From: a virus | Lineage: Duplodnaviria; Caudoviricetes | Strand: one strand, 5' to 3' | Virus record (IMG/VR): IMGVR_UViG_3300029145_000021 | Span: 1 to 26,298 of that record | DNA: 26,298 nt | Shown: positions 25,901-26,298 of the stretch, piece by piece | Layout of the letters: every line of letters starts with the position of its first letter | Position numbering within the stretch: position 1 is the stretch's first letter | Translations under genes and position numbers: made by a program | Notes under the pieces: model-generated | What the model saw: only the letters and a program-made list of their open reading frames with translations | Told to the model about the DNA's origin: nothing | The model's database searches: none

Positions 25901-26298
25901 AAGAATATTCAGCGGGTTGGGCGGCCACGAGCAGGTGCTCAAAGTGAGCGTGCAGGCGAACGCGGCATGATCAACATCGACGGCAAGCCCATGCGCCGCA
26001 AGGACGCCCTCAGACAGGTCTCTGGTGAGCAGTTCCCACCCGCACCCGGCTCAGCTACCCCGCCTCCACCCGTCACGCCACAGGCCGCTGTAGAGGCTTC
26101 TGGATCGGGTATTATGGACAGTCCTTTGCCGTACATTGCGGGTGCAAGCGCTATTGGCACAGGTGCCCTCGCTTTCGAAGCCGCCAGACGCAACAATGAC
26201 CCAATGGCTGTAGGTGGACCGACACCACCAGAGAGTCAGTTTATGTCATCAATGGCGAACAGCGCCGAAGCTGCTCAGCAAGCTGCACAACGGCGACA
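22934..26298 (+). CDS. Large DNA ejection/polyvalent protein with ADP-ribosyltransferase-like domain (3' end beyond window; absent from ORF track)
   Basis: Manually translated from ATG 22934, no stop in 1121 codons; begins MPEPTREELETALRNADAAGDTDAARQLANAL; FYHGT...GYDGVRF...VVVFDAKNIQ at 25541-25918. Confidence 0.88.
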   Translation, partial: MPEPTREELETALRNADAAGDTDAARQLANALKSGQYAPDPEKAFKQATQDRQAARARANGIEPNFVATPNPENQTGAVQGFAGSVDRFVDSVENYDPQPDAGIKSPADAFLFKGVNALTGGALQRSGNAAFEGTVQEGFGDRAVRASDSFPVGSTAGQMTGMAAQLLPVQRAAGVLKSVPGIKQAVDLAGKSRFGSYAGRLAAGMGAWTGETALQGATTLSDEASAYTGEKPTLESRAGMAKDLATMNLGDAGITTPFVKDVPVNVLGPLGTSFVNRAGVAARTGGASVTPKNVRQSVQESTGRVSGGPEQMRGIAEVIDTELAGGLRPQSIAAVYRILKHSGLSDGAIRALNAEVGQRMQAGSGSAASRKTVGQLYVDILEETKPQAAENILAVLRERRLNVRRNDNSAGIIRSGTRELRDSQKDFLENSANTNLGQNTRIGVREQVEATQKEIGAEYERILSSAPTSGPGADTLRQLILPDPNKSAILSRRAKNAGFIKTNEKGSQVPDVDAYVSARPYEAGHWMRSKLSEASRSAQGAERMVLGNTVDQIDEVLDGFDAYAQTKRNWGTEQGVLNAREFGDRLFGGANSSLMNNPGMRAELVEQFNALTPREQQVALISIRDAALGRMQGGPAGQQARLTSVTSDAAIDFFEQVGAKPFADDLLAIKNEQGFLNSFDPAANSRTAPNQQAVSGAPQLYNSTIANAVDNSTPGTLLGEGALMAFAPHYQGLYAAYRGSRMLANAGFGTRPQTLEDMTRFLMARPGRQAHEAVAASAPGGPLVPTNTPGGALPPPSSPTPAGPGTPPNAGTPGPDFPHVVRHEDGQEWGFKTLREAEEFAAQPAPVPEMPPSSPTPAAAVAASRGGDDVFYHGTGREFDTFDNAYLGSNSGDADSRLGHWLTAERGTAEGFAELAARGPGGQVIPARVSGNLKTVDMQGQKAGRNAGTEQIIRDAKAEGYDGVRFTNYVDAADSGAQPGTSVVVFDAKNIQRVGRPRAGAQSERAGERGMINIDGKPMRRKDALRQVSGEQFPPAPGSATPPPPVTPQAAVEASGSGIMDSPLPYIAGASAIGTGALAFEAARRNNDPMAVGGPTPPESQFMSSMANSAEAAQQAAQRR
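25319..25509 (+). repeat. 23-bp direct repeat pair (1 mismatch), 168 bp apart, both encoding PPSSPTPA
   Basis: CCCCCTAGCTCTCCAACCCCCGC (25319-25341) and CCCCCTAGCTCCCCAACCCCCGC (25487-25509). Confidence 0.85.

Larger units (their letters stand above)
1..26298. mobile_element. Temperate podovirus-type phage/prophage segment (immunity, replication, packaging, head, tail, ejection modules); both ends lie outside the window
   Basis: Continuous phage gene order cI/cro - O/P-like - terS/terL - portal - scaffold - capsid - adaptor - fibre - nozzle - ejection proteins; many ATGA/GTGA coupled overlaps; no tape measure or sheath gene; no host housekeeping genes; no integrase or att site visible. Confidence 0.95.

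Noticed and set aside
22959-26196. Numerous short ORFs on both strands
   Set aside because: All lie within the single long frame starting at 22934
1-26298. CRISPR array, integrase/att site, IS element, intron or intein
   Set aside because: No repeat-spacer array, recombinase or transposase seen; terL, portal and capsid are uninterrupted and of ordinary length

Overview
The whole window is a contiguous segment of a temperate, short-tailed (podovirus-type) dsDNA phage or prophage, probably from an Alphaproteobacterium (host inferred only from gene families). Left to right: the 5' part of a leftward gene; a lambdoid immunity switch (CI-like repressor and Cro-like gene between two mirror-image promoter/operator blocks); early genes including a lambda O/P-like replication pair with palindromic iterons, a stand-alone DnaA domain IV protein, a divergent C5-methyltransferase-like protein and a probable late regulator; a putative late promoter followed by highly structured intergenic RNA; terminases, P22-like portal, scaffold, N4-gp56-type capsid, adaptor, tail fibre, nozzle and three DNA-ejection proteins. 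The last ejection gene (22934 to beyond the window end, >1120 codons) is missing from the supplied ORF track and carries an ADP-ribosyltransferase-like domain. The most interesting non-coding signal is four compact H-type RNA pseudoknots with compensatory base changes, one before the scaffold gene and three in tandem before the capsid gene. All family assignments come from motif recognition by eye; no searches were run.
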